From the NCBI GenBank assembly GCA_046758325.1, contig JBHHZZ010000001.1, positions 17,016 through 81,015 of the forward strand: a DNA stretch of 64,000 nucleotides, in the 5' to 3' direction. This document shows, in pieces, positions 10,501 through 19,461 of this stretch. The stretch is from Thermoplasmata archaeon. GTDB lineage: Archaea > Thermoplasmatota > Thermoplasmata > RBG-16-68-12 > JAJISG01. Each line of letters begins with the position of its first letter. Position 1 is the first letter of the stretch. Below the pieces are notes generated by a model, which was not told where the DNA came from, did no database searches, and saw only the letters and a list, made by a program, of their open reading frames with translations. A program made the translations under genes and the position numbers.

Positions 10501-11020
10501 CATACTTCAGATCAGGGGAGTCGTCCTACGTCTTTCGGAGGAGCCCCCTGTGCTGTCACCCGGGGCACTGGAGTACGAGGTCGAGGTGTTCAACGAGGGG
10601 AATGGGGAGGATATCTACACCCTCATCCTGACGAACCCAGAGACCCTCTCCATCCAGGGATGGAGAGCGAAGCTTCTCTACAAAAACCAGACCTCCCCAG
10701 ACAGGACGGAGGATGTCGCGGTCCCAGCTAGGGAGGCGAGGTCAGTGACCCTGAGGCTGGAGACAACGGGCCCCGTCAGCGCCTCCAAGGTTGTTCTGCT
10801 GGCCTTTTCCCAGGATGATCGCAATGTGGAGTCTTACCTAGAGGTGAAGCTCTCCTTCCCTTCCCTTGACATTCCCATTGAGGATGTAAGCCTCGAAGGG
10901 AAGAACGTGAGGTTGGGACCTCCGGAGTTCCCACTGATCCTCTACGCGGCCATAGCAGCGGCCGCCGTCCTCGCGGCCATCATCCTCATTCGGTACAGAC
11001 AGAAGAGGTGGCGCCGTTGA
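4553..11020 (+). CDS. aglB: Giant AglB/STT3 oligosaccharyltransferase (2155 aa): N-terminal multi-TM STT3 domain with WWDYG, then about 8 tandem CarboxypepD_reg/Cna-B (SdrD-B-like) beta-sandwich repeats and a C-terminal TM anchor
   Basis: WWDYGFEAIQ catalytic motif near nt 6268. Repeats of the form G.V.D..G.PLEGV.I.L.D......TDA.GFY....L.PG.Y.L span about nt 7250-10850. Hydrophobic LILYAAIAAAAVLAAIILI lies at the C-terminus. TTG start. Confidence 0.8.
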   Translation: MAEAKTIRQTISVTLILGGIFALAVFIRAYFAYDLALRDFLVSGGSDAFYYKRIIDYIVSTGKHLVRDEMLNYPFGMNNPRPPIYAWSVALIGILLGNVQGSLELGIWQSFLFSTAFWGALTIFPTYFLARDIFGRRVGFVAAFFLAILPAHIQRTPLSNGDHDALVLFFVVTAFYFFLRALGELKEKTWVDNWIRPTTVYRGLRQLIGENRRPVLLSIMSGTAIAVVALTWQGWAYAPVVVIAYFLVQLLVHKLRNQDPLGTLLCFTVALGTAHLLAAPYYIATGFVRTWFDVPLFLFAASVALGFLFAIFHRLPWMLVIPPIVLGFGAGLAIASLYSPAVAQTLTSGLGYFVRTKVYETIAEAQPPNLSQAILSFGAVTYYLSMVGIVWMAIQFVRRPRLHYLFALAWSAAAIFMAMSAVRFIFNASPAFAITSAWVTVLIVERLGLEQVRKAVVSTGGSKWVALKRGIKVRHVAGALFVALLLILPNTWYAVDAAIPFEKKQELDLEVYRSTPEPLRPQGYREGSLFYFGAFGYSLPLPNRYFPKAWEWLRQQDADIVPYWERPAFLSWWDYGFEAIQEGRHPTVADNFQNGLEFAGHFLAAQSENEAIAVLNIRLLHGDLTLNRGSFSAGVRQALADKGLDPDFVKDVLRRPAVYVPLIRSDPDRFGEWDVRLSSKNVRVIFLKTVLTETLDLDGQADLYRDLRSATGNSVLYFAVDSRLVPFSGTNTGIFYAPIKLTDHRTVELPDGRSIPVDFYRLVAETDRGEYDLEKVPPTARVINIRIEYKEMFYNSMLYRIFFGTRGQDVGKEDDGLPGISGQLQAEAPSQGRMLKHFKMVYRTAYFNPNPPDEAANRTEDWSAINLFDALELQQSIERGEAEGTVDISARASLQQGIVILKYYDGAILRGQVTTQAGRPLEGVRITVLDDLSIPHDVTFTDSKGFYEALLPFGEVRVVASVGDVDGATQTGRTVLGEKELTVSEDQAMNLPLDVDGDGRPDYLLEELFQIQGASLEGVAFLDLNGNTRKDMEEGTLEGLQVEVTDSKGGTVAATLTDADGFYRVTDLLPGTYNISLRRADAKVVETEVTITLGERRTQDLPVFVKQLAGRVVDELGGPAEGALIQLTEEATGVRIVTVANGKGNYTFEGLFEGNYTLEATLGERGSLPRRLRIVRGQNTTGDLEVEPMGELTGRSLLSFVPAPFVSFTLLRRGDGLAATVISDSSARFDVRLPEGTYDVYALHFERSRPYSFLGALQVGEGSVQTLELNLQPALRVHGSIVQEDGTGAGGAHITFEMSGAQTTLVSDNDGSFLVYLPPGPYNLWALSEEGQHVSSLLLETTTSLEVLLVSGTPVEGRVFYDKNRNATWDAGEGLEGVRIQLVDSSGRALSVITQEEGRYRVPLLKETSYRLSIDEAGFTPISLGPFTATEMAGVAIIELRPETLQVSGRLEGSVDLAGIGVLLDAIGDGATSVEVTTDAAGAFSAEVLPGLYRLVVDVREDGGGDGVRIQNLQEEILRVPVGKDVGPILIRVVRRVLVEGQIDVEGGPFEGALSFIGPEEASLNIQGEFATYLQPGNYTIYATAQLNFKKYALLEHRDLTSPANLSFTLDEAAVLSGGVKVGDSIVSNSIPLSFLRQDGARVELQTEVSGTYLAILSGGTYQVNLEWRGLDEVDGLRRFVRYTFSQEVTVQGGQPEQLDLTLSRSLDNATLVTEVLLSDQLVSATLTFEAANETAVSTTVKAPAGTSFEVSLAPGTYSIYAYRDTGKSVNLTMLEVVPYMSNEATLRLEAGYRVAGVVSLEDGTKETARIEFTSVASISFDSDGLGIFEAYLPKGQYQVTATSQRLERGMLVDYEFSGPLDIRESTLLNLQLARVTFQGVEVIWDPLERTSALPGEGAVYTLTLRNTGNVEDSFRLEGRPQDWGFDFDPPVVTLPFGESSETTVKLTITSPDDAEVAHEPLVIEAVSTSNASVMEFTQVELDILQIRGVVLRLSEEPPVLSPGALEYEVEVFNEGNGEDIYTLILTNPETLSIQGWRAKLLYKNQTSPDRTEDVAVPAREARSVTLRLETTGPVSASKVVLLAFSQDDRNVESYLEVKLSFPSLDIPIEDVSLEGKNVRLGPPEFPLILYAAIAAAAVLAAIILIRYRQKRWRR

Positions 11021-11781
11021 GGGCACTCCTGGTCCTTCTCCTCCTCGTCCTGGCCCTGATTCCCCTCCCCTCCCAAGCCCAAGGGCCTGTCGCCATCTTC
11101 ATATCGACCCCAGATGTTGCCGGAACGGGCAAGGACGTGCCCGTCAGCGTAACCGTAGCGGGAGGTCCGGGGGAGGACAACGGGACCTTCAGCATCAAGG
11201 TCTACCTGCGGGGAGAGGATATGGAGGGAGCGGCGCCTCTGGAGGAGTCTCCCCTGGAGAAGTCCTCCTCAGATAAGACCTTCGACTTCAACGTAACCAT
11301 GCCCCTCGCGGAGCAACAGGTGGAGATTGTCGTTGAAGCCAACTCCACCAAGGGTGGCCAGTGGAGCGTCAGTTCCTCCAGCAAGACGGTCACCGTGTTA
11401 GTGCCTCTGATCGTCTCGGCCAGCGTGGTGAACACTGGAGATGTGGAGATCAAGGACGTCCCCGTCTTCCTCTACCTAGACGGAAAACAGGTCGCGGAGA
11501 CAAGGCTGGGCAGCCTTAAACCCGAGGAGTTCGAGGAGGTCAGCTTCGAGTACCTGCCAGTAGGCCTATCCGTCGGGACCCACAGGCTAGAGATCAGGGT
11601 CGACCTCAATGAGGACGGGAACATCGACCCTGCCATGGGCGAGGTCGTGCTTCAGATGACCTTCGTGAAGGAAGCGGAGCCCATAAACCCCCTCTACATC
11701 GTGCTGGCCGTCATCGGGGCCTTCGTCGCGGCCCTCTTCGTCGGTGCCGCCATCCGCCAGCGGAGGGCCACCAAGAAGTAG
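11008..11781 (+). CDS. Secreted Ig/CARDB-like protein with signal peptide and C-terminal TM anchor
   Basis: N-terminus MAPLRALLVLLLLVLALIPLPSQAQG; C-terminus LYIVLAVIGAFVAALFVGAAIRQRR. The GTG start overlaps the aglB TGA stop. Confidence 0.45.
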   Translation: MAPLRALLVLLLLVLALIPLPSQAQGPVAIFISTPDVAGTGKDVPVSVTVAGGPGEDNGTFSIKVYLRGEDMEGAAPLEESPLEKSSSDKTFDFNVTMPLAEQQVEIVVEANSTKGGQWSVSSSSKTVTVLVPLIVSASVVNTGDVEIKDVPVFLYLDGKQVAETRLGSLKPEEFEEVSFEYLPVGLSVGTHRLEIRVDLNEDGNIDPAMGEVVLQMTFVKEAEPINPLYIVLAVIGAFVAALFVGAAIRQRRATKK

Positions 11782-12432
11782 CTACGACTTCCCACTCAGC
11801 TCATCCAGCTTCTTCTCCAGCTCGAAACTTCGAAGGGCGACGGCGACCTCTCCCCTGGTCTTCTCCAGCAGGCTCCGGGCGATGTCCTGCTTTCTCTTGA
11901 TGGCCACCACCGCCTTGGGGTAGTCAAACCTCATGAGGCCTTGATATATGGTTTCCATGGCCTCCAGGGCCTTCTTCGATCCCTCCAACTGTCCTTCCCG
12001 CAGCCTCTCAAGGGCATACCGCCTCAACTCCCCAACGACGTCTCCCAGGCCTAGTACGTACGCCCTGCTGGTGACGGCCAAGTCCTGTGGTCTGGGCAGA
12101 GGCGATCCCTTAAGGAGACTAAAGGCCACCGCGGCCTCCGTTATGTCCTGATGGGCGTTCTCCACAAAGCCCGAGTGGAAGATATCCGGGTGTTCCTTGA
12201 GGAGGCTCCTCAGCCTGAGGGCCTCGTCCCGGGCCTCGTCCAACAGCTTCCGCACATCCTCCCCCCGATGAAGGCCTCCCAGGGCGCTGACGGACAAGCG
12301 GGCTATGGCTCGACTCGACTTCAGGGCCAGCTCCCTGACAGTATCCTTCTCCTCCATCTCCTCCTCAATGCCGTCTAGAATGTCCTCCAGATTCTTCGCC
12401 TTCGTTTTGTCCATCAAGGGCATGTCACTCAC
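11782..12432 (-). CDS. Translin-family protein
   Basis: Helical protein with translin-like blocks ([30 protein letters not shown]). Confidence 0.5.
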   Translation of the reverse strand: MSDMPLMDKTKAKNLEDILDGIEEEMEEKDTVRELALKSSRAIARLSVSALGGLHRGEDVRKLLDEARDEALRLRSLLKEHPDIFHSGFVENAHQDITEAAVAFSLLKGSPLPRPQDLAVTSRAYVLGLGDVVGELRRYALERLREGQLEGSKKALEAMETIYQGLMRFDYPKAVVAIKRKQDIARSLLEKTRGEVAVALRSFELEKKLDELSGKS

Positions 12433-13747
12433 CCCTCAAGACCCTCATCCTCTTCACCTTCCCCTCCAGTATCCACGGCTTTCCTATGTCATGGCGCATG
12501 TAGACCTTTCCCTTCGCGTGCGCCAAGCCGGCCTCCGCCAGGGATTCGGCCGAGGCCAGGTCCTCGGCAACGCCGACGATCGCCAAGGCCCTCGAGGTGG
12601 TCGTGAATATCGCTCCATCCCGCTCGTCCACCGAGGCGTAGAAGAGATAGGCGCCATTCCCACGGACGGCCTCCTCGTCGACGAACAACTCCTCGCCTGC
12701 CTTGGGAACGGTGCCGTAGCCCTCGGGAACCACGTACTTGCACACCGTCGCCTTCTTCTCGAACCGAACGCTCTCCGCAAGTTTCCCATCAACGATGGAC
12801 CAGCAGATGTCCAGAAAGTTCTCATCGAGTATCGGAAGGACGTTCATGGCCTCAGGATCCCCGAAGCGGGCGTTGAATTCCAGAATCTTCGGGCCGGCCC
12901 TCGTGAGTATGAAACCACCGTAGAGAACGCCCCTGTAGGTCAGCCCTTCGGACTGCATGGCGTGGACCGTCCTTCTCATGATGTCCACCGACGCCTCGTA
13001 ATCCTGCCTCGACATGAAGGGGAGGATGCCGTCAGCGTCGGATATGGACCCCATGCCCCCCGTGTTCGGGCCCTCGTCCCCCTCGTATGCCCGCTTGTAG
13101 TCCTGAACCACGGGCATGGGTGCGAGATTTTCTCCATCGGTGAAGGCCTGGAGGGAGAACTCCTCCCCCTCCTCCCTCCTCTCGATGAGGACCCTGGACT
13201 CTCCGCCGATTCGCTTCTCCAAGACCTCTCGAACGTAGCCAACGGCCTCCTCCTTTGTGGAGAAGTGGTCCCCCATCACCTTCACGCCCTTACCACCGGT
13301 GAGGCCGATGGGCTTCACCACCACCGGATAGTCCACCTCCCGCAGGAAACGCCTGGCCTCTTCTACGCTCTCGAAGGCGCCATACTCCACAAGGCCTGAG
13401 ATTTCGTGTCGCCTCATGAGGTCCCGGGCGAACTTCTTGGAGAGCTCTATCCTGGCAGCAGCCCTACTGGCTCCCACGGTGGGAATCCCCTTGCCCTCCA
13501 ACCGATCCGTCAGCCCGAAGCCCAGGGGGGCCTCCGGGCCGATGACGGCCAAATCCACTCCCATGCGATTCGCCCAGGCCACCACTTTGTCTACACGAGT
13601 CTCCTCACAGAGAAGGACCCGTTCCGAGGACCTCGCTATCCCTGGGTTCCTGTTCTTCATGACTGAGAAAACCCTGGCATCGCTCCTCCTCAAGGCCTCC
13701 ACAATGGCGTGTTCCCGACCACCCCCGCCTACAGCCAGAACCTTCAA
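12425..13747 (-). CDS. purD: Phosphoribosylamine-glycine ligase
   Basis: [15 protein letters not shown]... ATP-grasp protein with end-to-end PurD similarity. Confidence 0.85.
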   Translation of the reverse strand: MKVLAVGGGGREHAIVEALRRSDARVFSVMKNRNPGIARSSERVLLCEETRVDKVVAWANRMGVDLAVIGPEAPLGFGLTDRLEGKGIPTVGASRAAARIELSKKFARDLMRRHEISGLVEYGAFESVEEARRFLREVDYPVVVKPIGLTGGKGVKVMGDHFSTKEEAVGYVREVLEKRIGGESRVLIERREEGEEFSLQAFTDGENLAPMPVVQDYKRAYEGDEGPNTGGMGSISDADGILPFMSRQDYEASVDIMRRTVHAMQSEGLTYRGVLYGGFILTRAGPKILEFNARFGDPEAMNVLPILDENFLDICWSIVDGKLAESVRFEKKATVCKYVVPEGYGTVPKAGEELFVDEEAVRGNGAYLFYASVDERDGAIFTTTSRALAIVGVAEDLASAESLAEAGLAHAKGKVYMRHDIGKPWILEGKVKRMRVLRGE

Positions 13748-13777
13748 AGAACCACTGCTCCCCTAACCGGCTGCGAG

Positions 13778-14665
13778 TTAAAATCTTTCCCGGATGCCTA
13801 GCTCGGCGGCTGCTACCGTGTTCTTAAGGAGCATGGCCACGGTCATCGGTCCCACGCCCCCCGGGACAGGAGTGATGGCACCAGCCACCTTGGCAGCCTC
13901 TTCAAAGGCCACGTCCCCCACGAGCCTATACCCCTTCGGCTTCCTCGCGTCCTCGACCCTGTTGATGCCCACATCGATGACCACGGCGCCCTCCTTCACC
14001 ATATCTCCCCGAATGAAACGAGGACGTCCTATGGCCACCACCAGGATGTCGGCCCTTCTTGCATGGTCCCCCAGGCCCTCTGTGGCAGAGTGACAGAGAG
14101 TGACTGTCGCATTCGCCCCAGGGGCCTTCTGCATCAGGAGGGCAGCCAGAGGCTTCCCGACGATGTTGCTTCGCCCTATGATGACCACTTCTTTCCCGTC
14201 CGGTGGATGGTTGCTGCGCAGGAGGAGCTCCCGAATCCCGAGGGGCGTGGCCGGGACGAAGGAGGGCCTTCCCGTCAGCAGCCTTCCCAGGTTGTGGGGA
14301 TGAAAGCCATCCACGTCCTTGACGGGATCCACGACCGCCAAGACCTCATCCTCGGAGATATGATCCGGAAGGGGCTGCTGGACGAGGATGCCGTGAAACC
14401 GGGGGTCCCTGTTGAGGGCCTCTACCCTATCTACCAGGTCCTCCTGGGTGATGCTCGCAGGAAGCTCTACTATCTCGGAGTGGATTCCGGCCTCCAGGCA
14501 GGCCCTCCTCTTCGTCTTGACGTAGATCCTCGACGCCGGGTCCTGCCCCACTAGGACCGCAGCGAGGCCAGGTCTCACGCCCCTTCTAGAGAGCTCGGTG
14601 ACCTCGGCCTTCACCTCTGCCCTTACCTCCGCCGCTATGCCCTTGCCGTCGATGATTTCGGCCAT
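13778..14665 (-). CDS. folD: Bifunctional methylene-THF dehydrogenase/methenyl-THF cyclohydrolase
   Basis: VLVGQDPASRIYVKTKRRACLEAGI...IIGRSNIVGKP...PVPGGVGPMT. Confidence 0.85.
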   Translation of the reverse strand: MAEIIDGKGIAAEVRAEVKAEVTELSRRGVRPGLAAVLVGQDPASRIYVKTKRRACLEAGIHSEIVELPASITQEDLVDRVEALNRDPRFHGILVQQPLPDHISEDEVLAVVDPVKDVDGFHPHNLGRLLTGRPSFVPATPLGIRELLLRSNHPPDGKEVVIIGRSNIVGKPLAALLMQKAPGANATVTLCHSATEGLGDHARRADILVVAIGRPRFIRGDMVKEGAVVIDVGINRVEDARKPKGYRLVGDVAFEEAAKVAGAITPVPGGVGPMTVAMLLKNTVAAAELGIRERF

Positions 14666-14827
14666 TCTCTGTCCTAGCGAAACGCCTGAGTTCAGTTAAG
14701 CCTTGTCGTGAGTCAGGTGGGCAGGGGACCTGCCGACGCCATAGGAAAAAAAGAGGTGTCGGATGGGTGGGGTTTTCAAGGAGGGGGGAGGTTGCCCATT
14801 CGACACCCAAGATTTCTACTGGCGGGG

Positions 14828-14838
14828 TATATATAAAG
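14828..14838 (+). promoter_or_regulatory. TATA-like box (tatatataaag) in the folD/metF divergent intergenic region
   Basis: AT-rich element in an otherwise GC-rich spacer, about 110 nt upstream of metF. Confidence 0.3.
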
Positions 14839-14947
14839 GTTTCTTTGCGAATCGTTGAAAGGGTCGTGACGCTGTTTTTAACCCGCTAATGCTGAACCTG
14901 CATGAAAGGAAAAGGGTTATAAAACTCCTAGTCCTTTTCCCTCGCCC

Positions 14948-15886
14948 ATGGGGAGGGGCACGGTCCAGCTCAAGGCTGACAGCAGGCTCGAGCGGTTAGC
15001 CTCCGATGGCGCCTTTGTGGTAACCGCAGAGGTGAATCCGCCCGCCTCCGCCTCTCCCGAGAGGATCAGAGAGGTGGCCAACCTCCTTCGTGGCTGTGCG
15101 GATGCCTACAACGTGACGGACAACATAAGGGCCTTCGTGAAGATGTCCAGCCTGGCAGCCTCAATCCTCCTGCTGAGGGAAGGCCTCGAGCCCGTCATGC
15201 AGATGGTCACTCGCGACAGGAACCGTATCGGGCTCCAGTCCGACATCCTGGGCGCTACCGCACACGGCATTCGAAACGTCCTCTGTCTGAGGGGGGACAA
15301 TCCTCGTCACGGTGGCGAGGGCGGGACCTCGGCGGTGGAGGATGTGACACCGGAAGTGCAGATCGGCATGTTCCGGCGGCTCAGGGATGAGGGCGTCCTC
15401 CTCGGCGGCGAGAGGGTCCAGGAGCCTCCCAAACTCTACATAGGTGCCACCTCGAACCCCTTCGGGGGCAGCTACGAGATCGGGGCCGACATCCTTGAGC
15501 AGAGGGTACAATCCGGGGCAGACTTCATCCAGACCCAGGCCATCTACGACCTGGAGGGATTCGAGGAGTTCCTGCGAATCGTCAGGTCCCGGAATCTCGA
15601 TCGTAGGGTGAGGATACTGGGAGGAGTGGTCCCCCTGAAGTCTCAGAAGATGGCTCGCTTCATGAGGGACAAGGTCCCGGGGATCTTCATCCCTGATGAA
15701 GTGGTGGAGAGGATGGAGAGGGCGAGCCATCCCGGCAAGGAGGGGATGAGGATATGTCTAGGGACCCTGGACAGGCTCCAGGACATGAGGGGCTTGACAG
15801 GAGTCCACATAATGCCAGTGGGATGGGAGAAGCGTCTTAGAGAGATAGTGGACGGGGCGGGCCTCTACCCGAGACCTGGCGTCTAG
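14948..15886 (+). CDS. metF: Methylenetetrahydrofolate reductase
   Basis: MTHFR TIM-barrel family (FVVTAEVNPP..., NVTDN, LCLRGD). Confidence 0.75.
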   Translation: MGRGTVQLKADSRLERLASDGAFVVTAEVNPPASASPERIREVANLLRGCADAYNVTDNIRAFVKMSSLAASILLLREGLEPVMQMVTRDRNRIGLQSDILGATAHGIRNVLCLRGDNPRHGGEGGTSAVEDVTPEVQIGMFRRLRDEGVLLGGERVQEPPKLYIGATSNPFGGSYEIGADILEQRVQSGADFIQTQAIYDLEGFEEFLRIVRSRNLDRRVRILGGVVPLKSQKMARFMRDKVPGIFIPDEVVERMERASHPGKEGMRICLGTLDRLQDMRGLTGVHIMPVGWEKRLREIVDGAGLYPRPGV

Positions 15887-16044
15887 CCTGGGTCTTTCCA
15901 GGGAAGGTGCGTCTGCCTGATGTATCCCTGCAGGAGGGCTATGAGTCACCGGGGCTCTCTCGGCCCCGGGTAGAATCCACCCCCCGGATGCCACGCTAGA
16001 GAAACGCTTAATTAAGTTTCTACCATAGTAAGCTGGTAATAGTC

Positions 16045-17589
16045 ATGGTTTCCTCCCGCTGGGCCCTCCTGAGCACCTTCAACAAGGAGGGGATAGAGGA
16101 CCTATCAAGGGAGCTTCTGGATTGGAACTACGGGTTGCTGGCCAGCGATGGAACGGCCTCTCACCTCACTGCCAAGGGTCTAAGAGTTCGGACGGTGGCA
16201 AGCCTCACGGGTTGGGAACAGCTCCTCCATGGAAGGGTCAAGACCCTCCATCCGAGGATAATGGCTGGGATACTGGCTGACAGGGACAAGGAACACGACA
16301 TGAAGGAGCTGGAGGGACTTGGCGTGTCCCCCATCGACGTCGTGGTCGTCAACCTGTACCCTTTTGAGGAGATGGCTAAGACAGGCACCGCGCCCCTGGA
16401 AGCAGTGGAGATGGTGGATGTGGGCGGTGTCGCCCTGATCAGGGCGGCGGCCAAGAACTGGCCCCACGTGAGTGTCCTCACGAGCTCCTCCCAATATGCA
16501 GCCTTCGTCCAGGAGCTGAGGTCGTCGCAGGGAGAGGTGTCGAAGGAAATCAGACGTCGACTGGCCGTTGAGGCCTTCGCCGTCACCAGCCGCTACGAGG
16601 CTTCCATCTACAACTACCTATCCCGGACCCTCAACGAGGACGCCTTTCCTGCAGAGCTTCGCATCGCCTATGGGGGGGCTGCAAAGCTCAGATACGGGGA
16701 AAACCCCTACCAGAAGGCGGCCTTCTACAGGGACCCTGGATATGAGGGAGCCTCCGTCGCCCAGTCAGAGGAGCTGTTCGGGAGGGGCCTCTCCTTCAAC
16801 AACATCTTGGACCTGGACGCCGCTCTTGAACTCATCATGAAGTTCGATAGGCCTACGGCGGCCATCATCAAACATACCAACGCCTCAGGCGTGGCCAGCT
16901 CCGACGTCCTGGGGGAAGCCTACAAGCTTGCCCGCGCCACCGATCCGAAGTCAGCCTATGGGTCTGTGGTGGGCTTCAACCGGAAGGTGGATGGGGGTAC
17001 GGCGGAGGCCATGAAGAAGCACTTCATCGAAGCTGTGATCGCGCCCGATTTCGAGGAGGGAGCCCTTGAGATTCTCAGGCAGAAGAAGAAGCTGCGAGCC
17101 TTGCGGACGGGAAGGGATACGCGGTGGGAGCCTTGCACCCATGCCCTAGGCATCCGAGGCGGCATCTTGGTGCAGACTAGGGAGCGGGTCCCGATTCGAC
17201 CTGAGAGCATGAAGACGGTGACCAAAGTGAAGCCCACACAGGACCAGGTGAGGACGATGCTCTTCGCCTACAAAGTGCTCGGACACGTCAAGTCCAACGG
17301 TATCGTCCTGGCCAAGGATGAGAGGACCGTGGGCATCGGCAGTGGACAGATGAGTCGTGTGGATGCGGTCGTCGTGGCCGGGATGAAGGCCGGAAAGGAG
17401 GCCAATGGCTCCGTGCTGGCCAGCGATGCCTTCTTCCCTTTCAGGGATGGTATCGATGAAGCAGCCAGGGTGGGGGTGGAGGCCATCGTCCAACCGGGGG
17501 GCTCCATAAGGGATGATGAGGTCATCCAGGCCGCCAACGAGCATGGCATGGCCATGGTATTCACTGGCGTGAGGGTGTTCAAGCACTGA
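16045..17589 (+). CDS. purH: AICAR transformylase/IMP cyclohydrolase
   Basis: MGS-like N-domain followed by the AICARFT domain, 514 aa. Confidence 0.85.
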   Translation: MVSSRWALLSTFNKEGIEDLSRELLDWNYGLLASDGTASHLTAKGLRVRTVASLTGWEQLLHGRVKTLHPRIMAGILADRDKEHDMKELEGLGVSPIDVVVVNLYPFEEMAKTGTAPLEAVEMVDVGGVALIRAAAKNWPHVSVLTSSSQYAAFVQELRSSQGEVSKEIRRRLAVEAFAVTSRYEASIYNYLSRTLNEDAFPAELRIAYGGAAKLRYGENPYQKAAFYRDPGYEGASVAQSEELFGRGLSFNNILDLDAALELIMKFDRPTAAIIKHTNASGVASSDVLGEAYKLARATDPKSAYGSVVGFNRKVDGGTAEAMKKHFIEAVIAPDFEEGALEILRQKKKLRALRTGRDTRWEPCTHALGIRGGILVQTRERVPIRPESMKTVTKVKPTQDQVRTMLFAYKVLGHVKSNGIVLAKDERTVGIGSGQMSRVDAVVVAGMKAGKEANGSVLASDAFFPFRDGIDEAARVGVEAIVQPGGSIRDDEVIQAANEHGMAMVFTGVRVFKH

Positions 17590-17600
17590 AGGGTGAGATC

Positions 17601-18236
17601 ATGGGCAGAATCAACGTGGGGGTGCTGGCTTCTGGAAGGGGAACGGACTTCCAGTCCATCGTCGACGCCGTGGAGCGGGGGGACCTCGACGTCAACATCG
17701 CCATTCTGGTCTGCAACCATAGGGACGCACCGGTGATTGACAGGGCGAAGAGGCACGGAGTTCCGTGGGTCTTCATCGACCATCGGGGAAAGGGTAGGAA
17801 GGAATTTGAGGAGGAGGTGGTGAAGGTCCTCCAAGAGAAGGAAGTGGACCTGATCGTCTTCGCCGGCTTCATGCGCATCGTGACCTCCTACTTCATCGGC
17901 CAGTTTCGGGGCAGGATAATCAACATACACCCCTCCCTTCTCCCATCCTTTCCTGGAACCCACGCCCAGAAGGATGCCCTGGACTGGGGGGTCAGAGTCA
18001 GCGGCTGTACCGTCCATATCGTGGACGAGTCGGTGGACGGGGGACCTATCATATTCCAGAAGGCCGTGCCCGTCTATCCCGAGGACGACCCGGATACGCT
18101 AGCCGCGAGGATCCTGAAGGAAGAGCACAAGGTTCTGCCATACGTGATAAGGCTCTTTGCAGAGAATCGCCTCAAGGTCGTTGGCAGAAAGGTCTTCATC
18201 GACGAGAAGGGAATCGAGCCTCTCTCACCTGTCTAG
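17601..18236 (+). CDS. purN: Phosphoribosylglycinamide formyltransferase
   Basis: INVGVLASGRGTDFQSI...NIHPSLLPSFPG. Confidence 0.8.
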   Translation: MGRINVGVLASGRGTDFQSIVDAVERGDLDVNIAILVCNHRDAPVIDRAKRHGVPWVFIDHRGKGRKEFEEEVVKVLQEKEVDLIVFAGFMRIVTSYFIGQFRGRIINIHPSLLPSFPGTHAQKDALDWGVRVSGCTVHIVDESVDGGPIIFQKAVPVYPEDDPDTLAARILKEEHKVLPYVIRLFAENRLKVVGRKVFIDEKGIEPLSPV

Positions 18237-18398
18237 GGTCCTGGTGGAGGACCCTGGCCCTCACAAGGATGTCTCGGAGGCTGGTAAACCTCTGGAATCC
18301 GGTGTGACAGAACGACGTGTCAACCGTCATCCATGGGTGAGGGCATCAATCCCTAGGGCATCTAGGAACATCGGCCAGGGCCGGGACGATCTGTCGAG

Positions 18399-19352
18399 TC
18401 AGCTTGCCCTTCTGGCCCTCCTCGGGGAAACCTCTAGGCCAAGAGCCGATGCGATGCTCGTGTACCTCACCCTTATGGTTACCTCAGAGACCCCGGCGAC
18501 CTCGCTGATACTCTCCTGAGAAACCTTCCTACCAGTCAGGATTGAGGCGAGGTAGATGCAAGCCGCCACGGTCCCAGCGGGTGCCTTGGAGTGGAACCGC
18601 TCCGCCAGCTCCGTCTTGCGAACGAGCTCCAAGGCCTTGAGTTCCACATCCATGGGGAGCTTCAGCTTGCTCGCGAACCGCTTAACAAAGTCCTCGGCCT
18701 TGGGTGGTCGAAGGCCCAATCCCAAACCCCGGACGATGGCTTTGTATGACAGGGTGAGCTCCTTCTTCTCGACCTCTAGCAGATGCGAGACCTCGTCCAG
18801 GGTCCTGGGGACCATCATGACCCTGCAGGCTATGTAGATGGAGGCGGCCACCATGCCCTGAATGGTCCTGCCCCGGACGAGCCCACGGGCCGCCGCCTTT
18901 CTGTAGACCAGGGCCGCCTCATCCCTAATCTGCTGCGGTATCCGCATGACCGAGGCCATTCTGTCCAGCTCCATCAGCGCCTCTGCGAGGCTCCTCTCTC
19001 CCGACCTGGAATACTTCATCCGCCTCTGAAGCATCCTCATACGGTAGATTCTCACCTTATCGCCGCCAGGCAGTGGTCTGCCGTGGAAGTCCCTTGCACT
19101 GGAAGATATCTCCGTCGTCAAGCCCTTGTCGTGGACGCTGACGCTGGAAGGGGACCCGGTCCTGATCCTGGCGGCCGCTTCGATGCCACTACCCGTCCAC
19201 TCGGGGCCCTTGTCGATGTAGTTGTCACTGACAACAAGCCCGCAGCTCTCGCACACCAGCTCCCCCCTGACATAGTCCCTCACCAGATGGCTGCTGCCAC
19301 ATTCTGGGCACACGTCCTCGTCTGCACGCTGTTCTAAGGTACTGGCCTCCAT
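18399..19352 (-). CDS. tfb: Transcription initiation factor IIB (TFB)
   Basis: Zinc ribbon CPECGS...CESCG followed by two cyclin repeats. Confidence 0.85.
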   Translation of the reverse strand: MEASTLEQRADEDVCPECGSSHLVRDYVRGELVCESCGLVVSDNYIDKGPEWTGSGIEAAARIRTGSPSSVSVHDKGLTTEISSSARDFHGRPLPGGDKVRIYRMRMLQRRMKYSRSGERSLAEALMELDRMASVMRIPQQIRDEAALVYRKAAARGLVRGRTIQGMVAASIYIACRVMMVPRTLDEVSHLLEVEKKELTLSYKAIVRGLGLGLRPPKAEDFVKRFASKLKLPMDVELKALELVRKTELAERFHSKAPAGTVAACIYLASILTGRKVSQESISEVAGVSEVTIRVRYTSIASALGLEVSPRRARRAS

Positions 19353-19461
19353 TCGCCTCCTCCCGGCTGCCTTCTACAAGCTGGAGACAGGGACGTAACA
19401 GTGGTCCCGCTGTAATAAAATATGTTCTTCAAATGTTTGATGAGTGGTTGAAAGGTCTTCT

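Noticed and set aside
4601-10631. Many 60-210 aa ORFs inside and antisense to aglB (for example 4601-5041, 5761-6096, 6734-7360, 10028-10429)
   Set aside because: They overlap a 2155-aa ORF with strong domain evidence; their Arg/Pro/Gly-rich composition is typical of GC-rich antisense frames
12305-13399. 364-aa plus-strand ORF and other long ORFs antisense to purD/folD/purH (12305-13399, 14063-14554, 15161-15730, 17268-18017)
   Set aside because: They are antisense to genes with end-to-end family matches and have no similarity of their own
14666-14947. Possible riboswitch (THF or other) in the long metF leader
   Set aside because: No recognisable riboswitch consensus. Only a weak inverted repeat (GTGTCG...CGACAC) was seen; this is insufficient
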